Shown: in pieces, positions 1-9,670 of the stretch
How positions within the stretch are numbered: the first letter of the stretch is position 1
How the letters are laid out: each line of letters begins with the position of its first letter
NCBI RefSeq assembly: GCF_058153355.1
Contig: NZ_CM177019.1
Reading direction: 5' to 3' (one strand)
Length of the DNA: 64,000 nucleotides
The notes under the pieces: generated by a model
The model's database searches: none
Seen by the model: the letters and a program-made list of their open reading frames with translations, nothing else
Told to the model about the DNA's origin: nothing
Program-made: the position numbers and the translations under genes

Positions 1-373
1 GGCTGGGTAAAGCCATCTTTCAGAAGTTTAAAAATCAGCTCATCCGGCTGAACTGCCGCAGAACGGCCCATCTCCTGAAAAATCGGCGCATAAATACCCA
101 GATTGTCATCCTCGAAGTCATCACGGGAAATACCCACGGTGCCTTCAAACGTTTTATTGGCGATAGAGTAGCCATGCGCTTCCATTTGCTGAATGGTTCG
201 CTTACCCACCCATTCTTTCAGGGTCGGGAATTTACCCAGCCAGCCATAGGTATTACTGCGGGTGGAAGAGTTCACCACCATTGCAATTTTGCTGTACTGC
301 GACGGGGCGTCTTCAAGACCGCCCTGAAAATCCTTACGCCAGGAGGTCATCAGGGCTTTAATGGATGCCGGGG
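1..373 (-). CDS. T: Mu major head subunit T (gp34), N-terminal part only; gene runs off the window edge
   Basis: Reverse-strand translation from ATG at 373 gives MIVTPASIKALMTSWRKDFQGGLEDAPSQYSKIAMVVNSS...; lies directly downstream of I as in Mu. Confidence 0.8.
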
Positions 374-379
374 TGACAA

Positions 380-1465
380 TCATTTTTCTTGTTCCTGTTT
401 CATTTTCAGATACTCAGCCTCAGTAATGCCGAGCGCCTTCACTGCTGCCTGTTCATCAGCAGACAGCACCGCCACTGCCGGTTTTTCCTGTGACAGGTTT
501 TGTACCGTTGTGGTCTGCATGGCAGATAACGCAGCGATGGGCTGTTTTTTCTCAAGCTGTGCCGACAGTGCCGCCACGCCAATCTGACCGCCAAGCTGTT
601 CCAGATAGGTACGTTCGCTTTTGAAAATGCGGCCTTCCTGTTCCGCCTTGTCCAGAACGGCGCTCAGGCTGGCTGTGGCGCTTTGTGCAGTCGCCTGTGC
701 CAGTTCATCACGCAGGGCGTTGTAGCTTTCCACCGGGACGTATTTCGTCAGGTCAACGGCGGCGTTCTGTGCCTTTTCCAGTTCGGCGGATAACGACGCC
801 ACTTTCCCGGCATTACTTTCCAGCGTGTCCAGTGCGGTCAGTGCCGCTGTTGCCTGTTCATCGGTGATGTCTGCATTTTCGGGGACAGTCACCCCAAGAC
901 GCGCAAGCAGCTTGCGCAGCGTTTCATTCATGGGTTTGTTCTCCTGTTGAAGGATGTCGGGAAGGTCTGCCGCCAGTGCGGTCAGCTTTTTCATGCCGGT
1001 GGCACCGGGGTCATTGGTCAGCGCAGCAAGGCGGATTTGCAGCACCGCACCGGTGGCGGTGTCATACGGAAAAACCGCAGAGAGATAACCAAATTCGCCG
1101 TCATCGATGCGCTGCTGGGCCGCCGCCGTCCAGCGTGGGTGGATAAATAACCCTTCACCTTCACGCCACTGCATTTCATCGGCGTTAAACCAGCCAGCCG
1201 CGACGAGTTGTTCCGGGGGTAATCCTTTGTCCTTACGTAGCTGGTTATGCTCGTAATCAATCAGCACGTCCTGGTTGAGCGCGCGAACGCCTTCAACCAG
1301 ACGCCCGGCAATCTCACCGTCGATGAACCACCCCTGACCGTCTGTCACATCAAACGGACGACCATCACGGGCACTGAAATGACCGGCAGGCAATAGCTGG
1401 CACCAGCCGTCATCGTCAATGGACAGCGCACTCAGTGCGGCAATGCCAATCGCGTGTTTTTTCAT
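380..1465 (-). CDS. I: Mu protease/scaffold protein I (gp32; scaffold Z nested in the C-terminal part)
   Basis: ORF track 361 aa, MKKHAIGIAALSALSIDDDGWCQLLPAGHF...; position between G and T. Confidence 0.9.
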   Translation of the reverse strand: MKKHAIGIAALSALSIDDDGWCQLLPAGHFSARDGRPFDVTDGQGWFIDGEIAGRLVEGVRALNQDVLIDYEHNQLRKDKGLPPEQLVAAGWFNADEMQWREGEGLFIHPRWTAAAQQRIDDGEFGYLSAVFPYDTATGAVLQIRLAALTNDPGATGMKKLTALAADLPDILQQENKPMNETLRKLLARLGVTVPENADITDEQATAALTALDTLESNAGKVASLSAELEKAQNAAVDLTKYVPVESYNALRDELAQATAQSATASLSAVLDKAEQEGRIFKSERTYLEQLGGQIGVAALSAQLEKKQPIAALSAMQTTTVQNLSQEKPAVAVLSADEQAAVKALGITEAEYLKMKQEQEK

Positions 1466-1661
1466 GTCCTGCTGCTCATCATGGTTTGTGAGCAGTCAGT
1501 TTGCGGGTGGTGCGGGAAAATCTGGGGTTATGCTATTTGAGTAATGGAGAAAGAAAGTGGAAGGAAGATAAAACGGGATTCATACACCGTTAAATACCGG
1601 TTTAAAAATCCCCTGGCGCGTTTTAAAAAATCTGTGCGGCTGATTTCATGTCTGATTCAGT
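1466..1661 (-). promoter_or_regulatory. Mu G-I intergenic region; expected site of the centre-of-genome strong gyrase site and the C-dependent late promoter P_I
   Basis: 196-bp non-coding gap about 17.8-18.0 kb from the Mu left end; assignment from established Mu biology, exact motifs not mapped. Confidence 0.4.
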
Positions 1662-2132
1662 TTATTGCCTCAGAGCGGCGCTGACGCGTTTTCTGATGGC
1701 ATCAAAAATTTCCTGTTCCCCGGTCTTATCCAGCCCCATATAAGGACGCGCAGGAACGCCTGCCGGGCGGGGTGCCATATCGGGTGTACCTCCCCACTGA
1801 TGAATGGCAGCATAAATTTTTGGCGAACCAATCAGGGCATAATCCTGTCCATAATCGGTGGTAATGCTGCGTGCCAGATCGCCATGCAGGGTAAGGATAC
1901 TGCCCGGAACAAAACCATGATCCTGACGCCATGCCTGCCACGAATCGCTCCACGCTTCCCAGCCTTTCCCTGTATCCGGGTCTGCCTGCCGTTCAAATGC
2001 CTGTTCCGTGGATGACAGCAGCGCCGCAGCCATCACACGGGGAATGGCGCGGTCACGTGTAACGGTTCCCAGTTCATCCAGTGCAAGCTGAATACGTCGC
2101 ACATCCACGGCAACGTTCATATCAAGACTCAC
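1662..2132 (-). CDS. G: Mu G protein (gp31), virion morphogenesis
   Basis: ORF track 156 aa, MSLDMNVAVDVRRIQLALDELG...; synteny F-G-I. Confidence 0.85.
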   Translation of the reverse strand: MSLDMNVAVDVRRIQLALDELGTVTRDRAIPRVMAAALLSSTEQAFERQADPDTGKGWEAWSDSWQAWRQDHGFVPGSILTLHGDLARSITTDYGQDYALIGSPKIYAAIHQWGGTPDMAPRPAGVPARPYMGLDKTGEQEIFDAIRKRVSAALRQ

Positions 2133-3448
2133 TTATTCACCTCCACATGCCCCTCCAGTACGTCAATCATCCCGTCAGCAATCGCGGTTTCAAGCGACTG
2201 TGCAGATACGCGGCTGATACTGACCAGCACATCCGCACGGTCATTCTGCCTGCCGACTGTCTGTGATGTTCTGACCACAATCCGGGCCATGCCGTCACGG
2301 GTTGCCACAACATACAGCAACTGGTGGTTCTCCCTGTCCCACAATACTGCCTGTGGTTTTGCCATCAGCGACGGCAGATGCTGTAAATCCTCCGGTTTCA
2401 GGGCGGCATCAGCAGTGGTCGCCAGACTTTTCCCGTTCATCACAAGCAGACGGGCTGGCATATTCCCGGTGCGCTGATGTACGGCTTCAGCTACCGATTC
2501 CGTCATAAAACCCAGTGCCCGGATTTCATGACCGGTCTGACGTGATCCTGCCAGGCGTTTAAGCCAGAGGGAAAAAGCAAGCTGACGCTCCCGGCTGTTA
2601 TTCAGCGTCTGAACAACCTGCTCACGCAACTGCGCGTCGCGAATTTCCACCAGTTTTCGAATCAGTGCCTGATCCGTACCAAATGCCGCCGAACCGGGGT
2701 TATATGACCAGCCCACATCCGGCGTCATTTTTACCCGACCGTTGTCAAACGTGGTTGACGATGTGCGGAAAATCTCTCCGGTGCTTTCATCCGTACCGGC
2801 ATCCACTTCGCGGGTATTCATGAATGACGCACCATAACTGACCTGTAGCCCCAGTTCTTTCATGCGGGCCGCAGACAGCGCCCGGACGCGACAGCGGCAG
2901 TTCCAGCCATTGGGCGGGTAATGCGTCTGCCAGAAAATGTCGTCATACCGGAAAACCATATTGTGCAGCCGCGCATGTTCCGGGCGTGTTCTGCCATCCA
3001 TAACGGCAACGTACTGCCAGTACGGGTACAAATCGGCGGTATTCATCATCTGCGCATAACGTCCTGCCCCATACGCCGTACGGGTATTGACGTTATAAAT
3101 GGTTGCCAGACGACGCGGACTGCCCAGCTCGATTACCTTCGCGTTTCCGTCTGCATCCACGATGATTTGTTTTCCCCACCATCCGAGTTTTTGCAGCCGG
3201 GGGGCCAGTGTGCGGGTAAATTCCTCACGGGTGATGCCTTCACTGACAGCCCGCTCCACTTCCTCACGGATTGTGGTCAGGACATCCATCCGGGTGGCTT
3301 TGGCAACGGTAAAGGCGCGGGCGTGCGCGTCTGCCAGTTGTTCGTACCAGTTCCAGGTGATGTTGTAGCCTTTGGCGCGGAAATACGCGACAGCCTCCTT
3401 TGGCGGGAGGCGTGCGGCATACGCCAGATCAATGGTCTGCTGCGGCAT
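2129..3448 (-). CDS. F: Mu F protein (gp30), head morphogenesis
   Basis: ORF track 2129..3484 begins at a GTG; the ATG at 3448 (MPQQTIDLAY...) has a GGGGG Shine-Dalgarno 7 nt upstream, so the shorter start is preferred. Confidence 0.8.
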   Translation of the reverse strand: MPQQTIDLAYAARLPPKEAVAYFRAKGYNITWNWYEQLADAHARAFTVAKATRMDVLTTIREEVERAVSEGITREEFTRTLAPRLQKLGWWGKQIIVDADGNAKVIELGSPRRLATIYNVNTRTAYGAGRYAQMMNTADLYPYWQYVAVMDGRTRPEHARLHNMVFRYDDIFWQTHYPPNGWNCRCRVRALSAARMKELGLQVSYGASFMNTREVDAGTDESTGEIFRTSSTTFDNGRVKMTPDVGWSYNPGSAAFGTDQALIRKLVEIRDAQLREQVVQTLNNSRERQLAFSLWLKRLAGSRQTGHEIRALGFMTESVAEAVHQRTGNMPARLLVMNGKSLATTADAALKPEDLQHLPSLMAKPQAVLWDRENHQLLYVVATRDGMARIVVRTSQTVGRQNDRADVLVSISRVSAQSLETAIADGMIDVLEGHVEVNK

Positions 3449-4967
3449 CCAGACGCCCCCATATATCGGCAACAAAAATGGCACGGGTCAGCATGTCGAT
3501 AAGTTCTGCATCATCCATCTGCGGATATAATGAAGCAGCTTTGTTCATGGCGGCTTCCGGGCCATCTTTCAGCACAGAAAAAATGACGGGTTTCAGCAGG
3601 GGATCAACCGAACGCTGCCAGTCTTCCGGTGAGACGCCCATCCGGTCGATATCATCCTCCTGCGGGATATCTTCAGCGGATAATGCGGCCTCTTTCTGCG
3701 GACCGTTATCCGGGACAACCGGTTGAGCAGTAAACACGGCTTCATCACCGACCGGCTGTGGAATATGAAGTTTTTCCTGTATCCAGGAGACCGGAATACG
3801 CATTCCCGCCGCCAGTTTCGGAATGGCGTCAGACAGTGCCGTAATATCACCCGCTTCACTGGTATCAAACACAATGCCCGGCAGGCGGTTAATATCAATG
3901 GTGCTGTCACTGTTCAGTGCCAGCAGGGGATAAATCAGGTCACGGTTAATACTGCGGGCAAGCTGGCCCACATCCGCGTTACGGATTTCCCGGCGAACCT
4001 CATCATGCACTTCACCCAGCGACCGTGCACCTTTATCGCCAGCCTCTGTGGTCAGGGTGCCGCCCAGAATGGCTTTTGAAATCGCTTTTTCTGCCCAGCC
4101 AATCATCGCCATAAAGGGGTCTGACTGACCATCTGCGGCGCTCTGAAAATCCAGCGTCATCCCCATCGGAATAATGCCGCCGGCACGTCGCCCGATATCC
4201 ATCACGGCCTGCATCAGCGTGGCTTTCTCGCGGTTCGTTGAGCCGGTCGGATATTTACCGACGCGCATGGGGAGTCCGTAAATTTCCAGAAACTCTGCAA
4301 AATCACGCACGGAATAGTTTTTAAAAATAAAAGGCCAGATAAGCGTGCGCACAAGGCCATTGGTGCCGACATACCCGGTGCGGGATTTGGCCCGGTGCAT
4401 AAACCAGCCGAACGGTTGCAGCTCCAGCCCGTGATAAGACGCATCACGCAGGCGTAATTCGTTCAGATTGTCGGGGTTCGCACAGAACAGCGCCGGATCG
4501 CGATGATGCAGCGCCACCGGCACGCGCATTTTGCCCAGCCAGCCCCATTCAATCTCCTGCATGGAATAACCCTTGAGAATGGCATCACCGGCATCAAACA
4601 GGGCATCTTCAAACCACGCCGCATCATGCAGATATTCATTCAGCATGTCGGCGTCTTTTTTCTCCTGTGCGCTGGCATCACGTGCCGGAGCGATGCGCCA
4701 TTCCAGCGCCTGAATGGCAAGGCGGCGCTTGCTCAGTTCGGAAAAAAGGTGGGTGTCCTTTTCTTCCATATCAAAGGCCAGGTCAGCCTGTGCGGTCAGA
4801 TCACCGCGTTCGGCATCACGCAGCATCTGCGCGGCCCGGTTCGGCGTCACACCACTGGAAGGATGCTCCTGCGTACGCTTCATGACCATTGCCAGCTCAT
4901 CGCTGCGGGTCTGCATTTCATCGTCAAAATCAAACGGCTGCCCGGAAATATCCAGAATACGGCCCAT
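3429..4967 (-). CDS. H: Mu portal protein H (gp29)
   Basis: ORF track 512 aa, MGRILDISGQPFDFDDEMQTRSDELAMV...; between terminase and F. Confidence 0.9.
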   Translation of the reverse strand: MGRILDISGQPFDFDDEMQTRSDELAMVMKRTQEHPSSGVTPNRAAQMLRDAERGDLTAQADLAFDMEEKDTHLFSELSKRRLAIQALEWRIAPARDASAQEKKDADMLNEYLHDAAWFEDALFDAGDAILKGYSMQEIEWGWLGKMRVPVALHHRDPALFCANPDNLNELRLRDASYHGLELQPFGWFMHRAKSRTGYVGTNGLVRTLIWPFIFKNYSVRDFAEFLEIYGLPMRVGKYPTGSTNREKATLMQAVMDIGRRAGGIIPMGMTLDFQSAADGQSDPFMAMIGWAEKAISKAILGGTLTTEAGDKGARSLGEVHDEVRREIRNADVGQLARSINRDLIYPLLALNSDSTIDINRLPGIVFDTSEAGDITALSDAIPKLAAGMRIPVSWIQEKLHIPQPVGDEAVFTAQPVVPDNGPQKEAALSAEDIPQEDDIDRMGVSPEDWQRSVDPLLKPVIFSVLKDGPEAAMNKAASLYPQMDDAELIDMLTRAIFVADIWGRLDAAADH

Positions 4968-6622
4968 TACCAGCCCCCTCGTTCAAACTGGTGATAATCA
5001 TCAAAATCATCGTTATCAACATCATCACCACGGTGGCGTGGTGGCAGCGCCTGTATGCTGTCCTCGTCGATAACAAAACCATTCATATAAGACGCTCTGA
5101 CAGCCATACAGAGCGCCACGGCAAAGTCGCCATGTCGTCGGCCTTTACCACCTTCATCTTTTGTGCGCCCCTTATCAATCTGCGGAATACCTTTGTCCAC
5201 CTTGATGTGGAGCAGGTCATCAAGAGTGGTCTGGTGCCGGGCAATCGTGATGTTCTGCGCTTCAAACTCGCCTTTCAGTTTTGGCATCCACTCCTGATAC
5301 CAGGATGCGGTCAGATTCACACAGTCGATCATCTCCGGGCCATAAATCAGACGGGCGGCTTCTGCCAGATAACCGCCGTTACCGGTGGCATCAAATGCAG
5401 CGCCGGTAAAACGGGGCAAACGGGACAGAATGAATAAAAGGATTTGTCGCTGCTGGTCATAGGTCACATTACGCAGCTCCACGCGGAAACATTCGCGTTT
5501 GCGTAAGTCAGGAGTGATGGCAAGCGGAACAAACACCGTCAGGTCGCCACGGCGTGCAAAGTCTTCGCCCAGTACGTGTTTATTGAGCGGCGACAGCGCA
5601 TCGAGCAACGGGAGCAGCTCCTGTTCACACCAGTCCTGAACGATGCCGTGGCGCATTTGTGGTGTCAGCGATTCAAAATCGTCCGGGGCTTCAAAACGCA
5701 GAATCGGGATATCCCGCGCTGGCGTCATGGCGGCTTCAATCAGCACGCGTGACAGATAAGCGCCCCCGGATTTTTTAGGAATGCAGCCGTATTCCTCGTC
5801 GGCACTCTCTTTATTCGGCGCATTCCGGTACAGGCCATCACGCCAGGCTTTTTCCGCTTCCGGCGACCACGGCTGATTCGTGACGTAACAGATACGTCGG
5901 TACAACCCGTCAGCGATGGCATCATCCAGCGTGATGCGGTGAACGCTGTAATCCTTGCGCCCCTCGCGCGCATCCTGAATGTACTGGTTAAACAGGTTAT
6001 CGACGCCGTTATGTGTCGATATGATCCGCACGCGGGCACCCCACATGGTGAGAGCAAAGGCCGCTTTCAGGAGTTCGTCCAGGGCTTCATGAAATGCCGC
6101 CTCATCAATCACCACGTCCCCCTGCAAACCACGCAGGTTAGACGGACGGCTTGACAGCGCCTGCACCTTAAATCCGCTGTTAGGGAAACGGATCATATAA
6201 GTGAGGATTTCTTCTTTTTTGTCGCTGTCCCAGAAGGTCTGCTCCCAGACATCAGCCTTTGCCAGCTGGTTAAAGGCGCGGGCAAACAGGGCACAGGCGG
6301 CGATATATTCCAGCGCCATTTCCTGACGGGAACCCACATAAAAGACGTTGCGACCGCCACGGCGGCGCGGCTTTGCTGCCGTCATGACATTGCGGCCCGC
6401 TTCGGCCCATGTCAGACCGGTACGACGGGATTTTTCAGCGATGCAAATCTGGCTTTCATCCTCAAACCAGCGGCGCTGATAGCCCAGAAAAACCGGTTCA
6501 TTGCGGGGCTGTGCTTCCCCGATATCGGTCACGATATTCACGCCGAGCAGTTCGGCTTCCTCACGCAGGTTGATTTTTCGGGGGGCATGAAGGGCTTTAA
6601 GGTTGTTTTCTCTGGTGTTCAT
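4967..6622 (-). CDS. Mu large terminase subunit (gp28)
   Basis: Track ORF is 615 aa, but an internal ATG at 6622 (MNTRENNLKALHAP...) sits just downstream of the gp27 stop, giving 552 aa; position upstream of portal. Confidence 0.85.
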   Translation of the reverse strand: MNTRENNLKALHAPRKINLREEAELLGVNIVTDIGEAQPRNEPVFLGYQRRWFEDESQICIAEKSRRTGLTWAEAGRNVMTAAKPRRRGGRNVFYVGSRQEMALEYIAACALFARAFNQLAKADVWEQTFWDSDKKEEILTYMIRFPNSGFKVQALSSRPSNLRGLQGDVVIDEAAFHEALDELLKAAFALTMWGARVRIISTHNGVDNLFNQYIQDAREGRKDYSVHRITLDDAIADGLYRRICYVTNQPWSPEAEKAWRDGLYRNAPNKESADEEYGCIPKKSGGAYLSRVLIEAAMTPARDIPILRFEAPDDFESLTPQMRHGIVQDWCEQELLPLLDALSPLNKHVLGEDFARRGDLTVFVPLAITPDLRKRECFRVELRNVTYDQQRQILLFILSRLPRFTGAAFDATGNGGYLAEAARLIYGPEMIDCVNLTASWYQEWMPKLKGEFEAQNITIARHQTTLDDLLHIKVDKGIPQIDKGRTKDEGGKGRRHGDFAVALCMAVRASYMNGFVIDEDSIQALPPRHRGDDVDNDDFDDYHQFERGGW

Positions 6623-6629
6623 AACCCTC

Positions 6630-7220
6630 TCATGCCTTACCCAGCAGCACATCACGGATACGCTGCTCCAGCTCTTCGCTGATGCCATCCTGCCCGCGCA
6701 GTTCTTCACTGACGGCGTTTGCCGCTTCTTCTGCGAATGCCTGGCGGATTTCTTTCTCGCGCCGGTGGCTGGACATTGCCGTGGATTCCAGACGCTGTGC
6801 CGCCAGCATGGCATTTTTCAGCAGGTCAATATCCACGTCAGATTCCGGGTTTTCGATTTGCCGCATCATGGCCTTAAAAAGCTGGCTGCGGGCCATTTCC
6901 AGAATCAGCTTTGTGGTTTCTCCCATTGGCTTGTCGCCAAGTTCTGCGGTCAGTGCTGACGTCATTTCACGCATCTGTCGCAGGTTATGGCCTACCTGCT
7001 CGACGTTCGTCGCGTAACGATTCAGACCGGAACGGGAGAGTTTCATCTCATCCGGCAGGCCAGCGTCTTCAATCAGTGCGTTAATTTCTTCCAGAATGCG
7101 GGCCTGTGGGATCGCCTTATCACGCAGCATTTCATGCAGCGTTTTACGTACGTTTTCCGGCAGTAAATCCACTTTTGAAGCCCGGCCCCGTGTTTTCCTG
7201 TCCATCACGCCTCCTGTCAT
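6630..7220 (-). CDS. Mu gp27, DNA-binding small terminase-like protein
   Basis: ORF track 196 aa, charged helical protein immediately upstream of the large terminase gene. Confidence 0.7.
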   Translation of the reverse strand: MTGGVMDRKTRGRASKVDLLPENVRKTLHEMLRDKAIPQARILEEINALIEDAGLPDEMKLSRSGLNRYATNVEQVGHNLRQMREMTSALTAELGDKPMGETTKLILEMARSQLFKAMMRQIENPESDVDIDLLKNAMLAAQRLESTAMSSHRREKEIRQAFAEEAANAVSEELRGQDGISEELEQRIRDVLLGKA

Positions 7221-7507
7221 GCACGGGGACGCGGACGCTTGACACCGGCAACGCGGGCGCGGCCTTCCGCCACATCCTGACCTCGGGAGGTCAGCGTTAC
7301 GACATAAAAGCCGCGCAGGTTTTCCACGGTGACCAGTTGCTGCTCTGCCAGCCAGTCAATCTGGCCGCGAACCACATCGCGGGAAACGTTGTGTCCGTAT
7401 GCATCCAGACAGTCCTGAAGGATGGATTCGTTGGCTTCGTTATTGCAGTCCATCAGGGAACGCAGGATGACCAGACGACGGTCTTCAGTCAGAATATCGT
7501 TAATCAT
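7217..7507 (-). CDS. Mu gp26-position hypothetical protein
   Basis: ORF track 96 aa; start overlaps the upstream gene stop (ATGA). Confidence 0.6.
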   Translation of the reverse strand: MINDILTEDRRLVILRSLMDCNNEANESILQDCLDAYGHNVSRDVVRGQIDWLAEQQLVTVENLRGFYVVTLTSRGQDVAEGRARVAGVKRPRPRA

Positions 7508-7821
7508 GAATTACTCCGGTTTACTGCGTTTTCAAGCAGCAGCTCCAGTTGATGGGAAAATGACTGCACCCGCTGGGACAGCACCCGGATATCGCCGGAC
7601 AGCTCTGCAATACGCAGGCGCATTTCGTGTACATCTTCTGTGCCGGGGATGCTGGCGTAGCGGGTTTCCATTTCGGTCATCCGGTTTTCAAGACGCTCCA
7701 CACGCTCAGTGCTGGCAAAACTACGACGCATTGCCCAGACGGCCCCACCGGCCACAACAGGCAACAGGTAAGGCCATAACGCTAAAACTGAAATCAAATC
7801 CATTATTCTGCTCCACGGCAC
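7504..7821 (-). CDS. Mu gp25-position membrane protein (releasin or holin-like lysis accessory)
   Basis: ORF track 105 aa with N-terminal hydrophobic segment LISVLALWPYLLPVVAGGAVWAM, then a charged coiled region. Confidence 0.6.
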   Translation of the reverse strand: MPWSRIMDLISVLALWPYLLPVVAGGAVWAMRRSFASTERVERLENRMTEMETRYASIPGTEDVHEMRLRIAELSGDIRVLSQRVQSFSHQLELLLENAVNRSNS

Positions 7822-7997
7822 CAGTGGCAGTAGTTCGCCATCGGCTGCTGTCTCAGCACATCAGGCCGCAGCTCACGACCGCAACCGGCACACAATACAG
7901 GCGGGTCATACGCCGCCGGGCGGGGAATATCACGGGTATCCCCCTGCCAGAGTTCAGCGAGCAGCAGCGCCACCGCCCGGTTCTGGTCTTCGTTCAT
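7803..7997 (-). CDS. Mu gp24-position small zinc-ribbon protein
   Basis: ORF track 64 aa with CAGC...CHWC cysteine pairs. Confidence 0.5.
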   Translation of the reverse strand: MNEDQNRAVALLLAELWQGDTRDIPRPAAYDPPVLCAGCGRELRPDVLRQQPMANYCHWCRGAE

Positions 7998-8295
7998 AAA
8001 TTTCTTTCCTTCGGGTCTCCTGTTCCCGGACTGATGCCTTGTCGCGGTTGCACTGCCCGAGCGCCATCAACAGGTCAGCATTCCAGAGAAGGGATGCTCC
8101 CCACGTCAGGGGCTGTGGCATGGGCGGAACGGGCGTTGCTTCCGTCAGTTCTGCATCAGTTTCGGGCAGGATCACCACCGATGGCACGGGTGCGTTTTTC
8201 GAGTTCCCGCAACCTGTCAGCAGCAACGGCAGGCACAGGACGAGTGCTGCAATTGTCACCGGTAATGGCGGTTGTAATTTTTTGTTTTGCATCAT
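7954..8295 (-). CDS. Mu o-spanin outer-membrane lipoprotein (gp23.1), partly overlapping the i-spanin gene in another frame
   Basis: Inside track ORF 7954..8430: MMQNKKLQPPLPVTIAALVLCLPLLLTGC has a signal peptide plus LTGC lipobox, followed by a proline-rich mature region. Confidence 0.65.
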   Translation of the reverse strand: MMQNKKLQPPLPVTIAALVLCLPLLLTGCGNSKNAPVPSVVILPETDAELTEATPVPPMPQPLTWGASLLWNADLLMALGQCNRDKASVREQETRRKEIYERRPEPGGGAAAR

Positions 8296-8542
8296 GATGT
8301 TCTGTCTCATCTTCCAGCCGCGCGGCACGATTTGCGGCACGGATAGCGGAAAATACCTGCATCGTCTGTTCCTGACTGTGTAACAACCATTCAGCAGTGT
8401 GGCGGGCCTGTTGCTCCGTCTGTAATTCACGGCGCAGCGTCTGGTTATCGTGGCGGGTGCTGTCCAGCCTGTGCCACAACACCCCGGACAGAACGGCGGT
8501 AAACACGGCTGCCAGCAGTAAACTTTTACTGGCGAAGGTCAT
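8156..8542 (-). CDS. Mu i-spanin (gp23)
   Basis: ORF track 128 aa with N-terminal TM helix (LLLAAVFTAVLSGVLW) and a charged coiled-coil; immediately downstream of the endolysin. Confidence 0.7.
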   Translation of the reverse strand: MTFASKSLLLAAVFTAVLSGVLWHRLDSTRHDNQTLRRELQTEQQARHTAEWLLHSQEQTMQVFSAIRAANRAARLEDETEHHDAKQKITTAITGDNCSTRPVPAVAADRLRELEKRTRAIGGDPARN

Positions 8543-9044
8543 CCGCCCCCCTGATATTCCAGATTGCCATTTCCACTTCGCGACGGTTCATCAGTCCTTT
8601 CCATTTATGGCCTGCGGCAAACACCCAGCGGGCCATCTGGTCACGTGCTCCGGCGTAATCACCGGCATTGAGTTTTTTCAGCAGCGTTGATTTACTGAAT
8701 GCGGTAACACCGGTGTTGAAAATAAACGTTGCCAGCGCCGTTTTCTGATATGGCGTCAGCGGCACCCTGACAAGACGATCGATTGCCGCATAAACCGGTT
8801 TTAAATCACTGTCGAGGAGAGCCATACACTCCGCATGGCTGTAACGGCGCATTTCAATATCCGGCCCGGTATGTCCCACACAGACCGTAAGCACACCGGC
8901 AATATCGCGGTAAGGCAGATAAGCGATATTTTCCAGATGGATCAGAGACTGACGGGTCATTTCCTGATAACCACCCACACCGCCACCGGCAATTGTTACA
9001 GCCAGCAGTGCGGCTTTCAGTTTTTTTGGGATCTCCGCCATCAT
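8526..9044 (-). CDS. lys: Mu endolysin Lys (gp22), SAR-type lysozyme
   Basis: ORF track 172 aa, MMAEIPKKLKAALLAVTIAGGGVGGYQEM..., N-terminal signal-anchor-release helix followed by a lysozyme domain. Confidence 0.9.
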   Translation of the reverse strand: MMAEIPKKLKAALLAVTIAGGGVGGYQEMTRQSLIHLENIAYLPYRDIAGVLTVCVGHTGPDIEMRRYSHAECMALLDSDLKPVYAAIDRLVRVPLTPYQKTALATFIFNTGVTAFSKSTLLKKLNAGDYAGARDQMARWVFAAGHKWKGLMNRREVEMAIWNIRGADDLRQ

Positions 9045-9135
9045 GCTTCCCTGAAAAAATGCGCTGATGGCAGTCTAAAAAATCAGGTGACAGGTGCGGG
9101 ATTATGGTGACAGGAAATAACCGGCAGGATGCCGG
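9045..9135 (-). promoter_or_regulatory. C-lys intergenic region, expected location of C-dependent late promoter Plys
   Basis: 91-bp gap between C stop and lys start; assignment from Mu biology. Confidence 0.4.
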
Positions 9136-9558
9136 TTATTTCTGGCTTTCAGGTGAGAACAGGTCAGGCTGATGACGTCGTGTATGCAGCTTTCTCTGGC
9201 GGGCAATAATCTGGTAGATCTGCGGCTGGGACAGGCGATACTGGCGACGCAGTTCTTCCATGTTACGACCATTGAACTGGCAGTAAAGCAAATCGTCGCG
9301 TAACGCGGTCAGGATCGTATCGCCGCAGGGGATGTAAAACTGCCGCCCGCCCAGAAAACAGGACAGGGCAACGGCCTGTTTACGGGCAAGCTCACGGGGA
9401 TTGCTGACGTTCTGGCGTTTCAGTTCGTTTTCCAGAACATCAATCAGATCAACCACCGAACGGGGCCAGCGTGATTCCAGTTCCGGGGCCGGGATGTTAT
9501 CAATATGTCCGATTAACTGGCGAATTGCCGGATCGTGTTCAAATAAATCATGCTGCAT
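9136..9558 (-). CDS. C: Mu late transcription activator C
   Basis: ORF track 140 aa, MQHDLFEHDPAIRQLIGHIDNIPAPELESRWPR...; shares its C-terminal fold with Mor (..FNGRN..EL..Y). Confidence 0.9.
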   Translation of the reverse strand: MQHDLFEHDPAIRQLIGHIDNIPAPELESRWPRSVVDLIDVLENELKRQNVSNPRELARKQAVALSCFLGGRQFYIPCGDTILTALRDDLLYCQFNGRNMEELRRQYRLSQPQIYQIIARQRKLHTRRHQPDLFSPESQK

Positions 9559-9670
9559 ATTTTCCCCCGGTTAACAGACAGAAAGATACACCACGGCACT
9601 GATGGTTATCAGAACCACAAGGGCAATCACTTTTATCGCACTCATCAGCGTGGACGGACCGAAACATTCA

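Noticed and set aside
174-587. 137-aa plus-strand ORF at the window start
   Set aside because: Antisense to the Mu T and I genes; Cys/Gly-rich composition typical of spurious antisense frames.
2129-3484. Longer 451-aa form of Mu F starting at 3484
   Set aside because: That start is a GTG without a ribosome-binding site and would overlap the portal gene by 56 nt; the ATG at 3448 with a GGGGG Shine-Dalgarno is preferred. The difference is only 12 codons.
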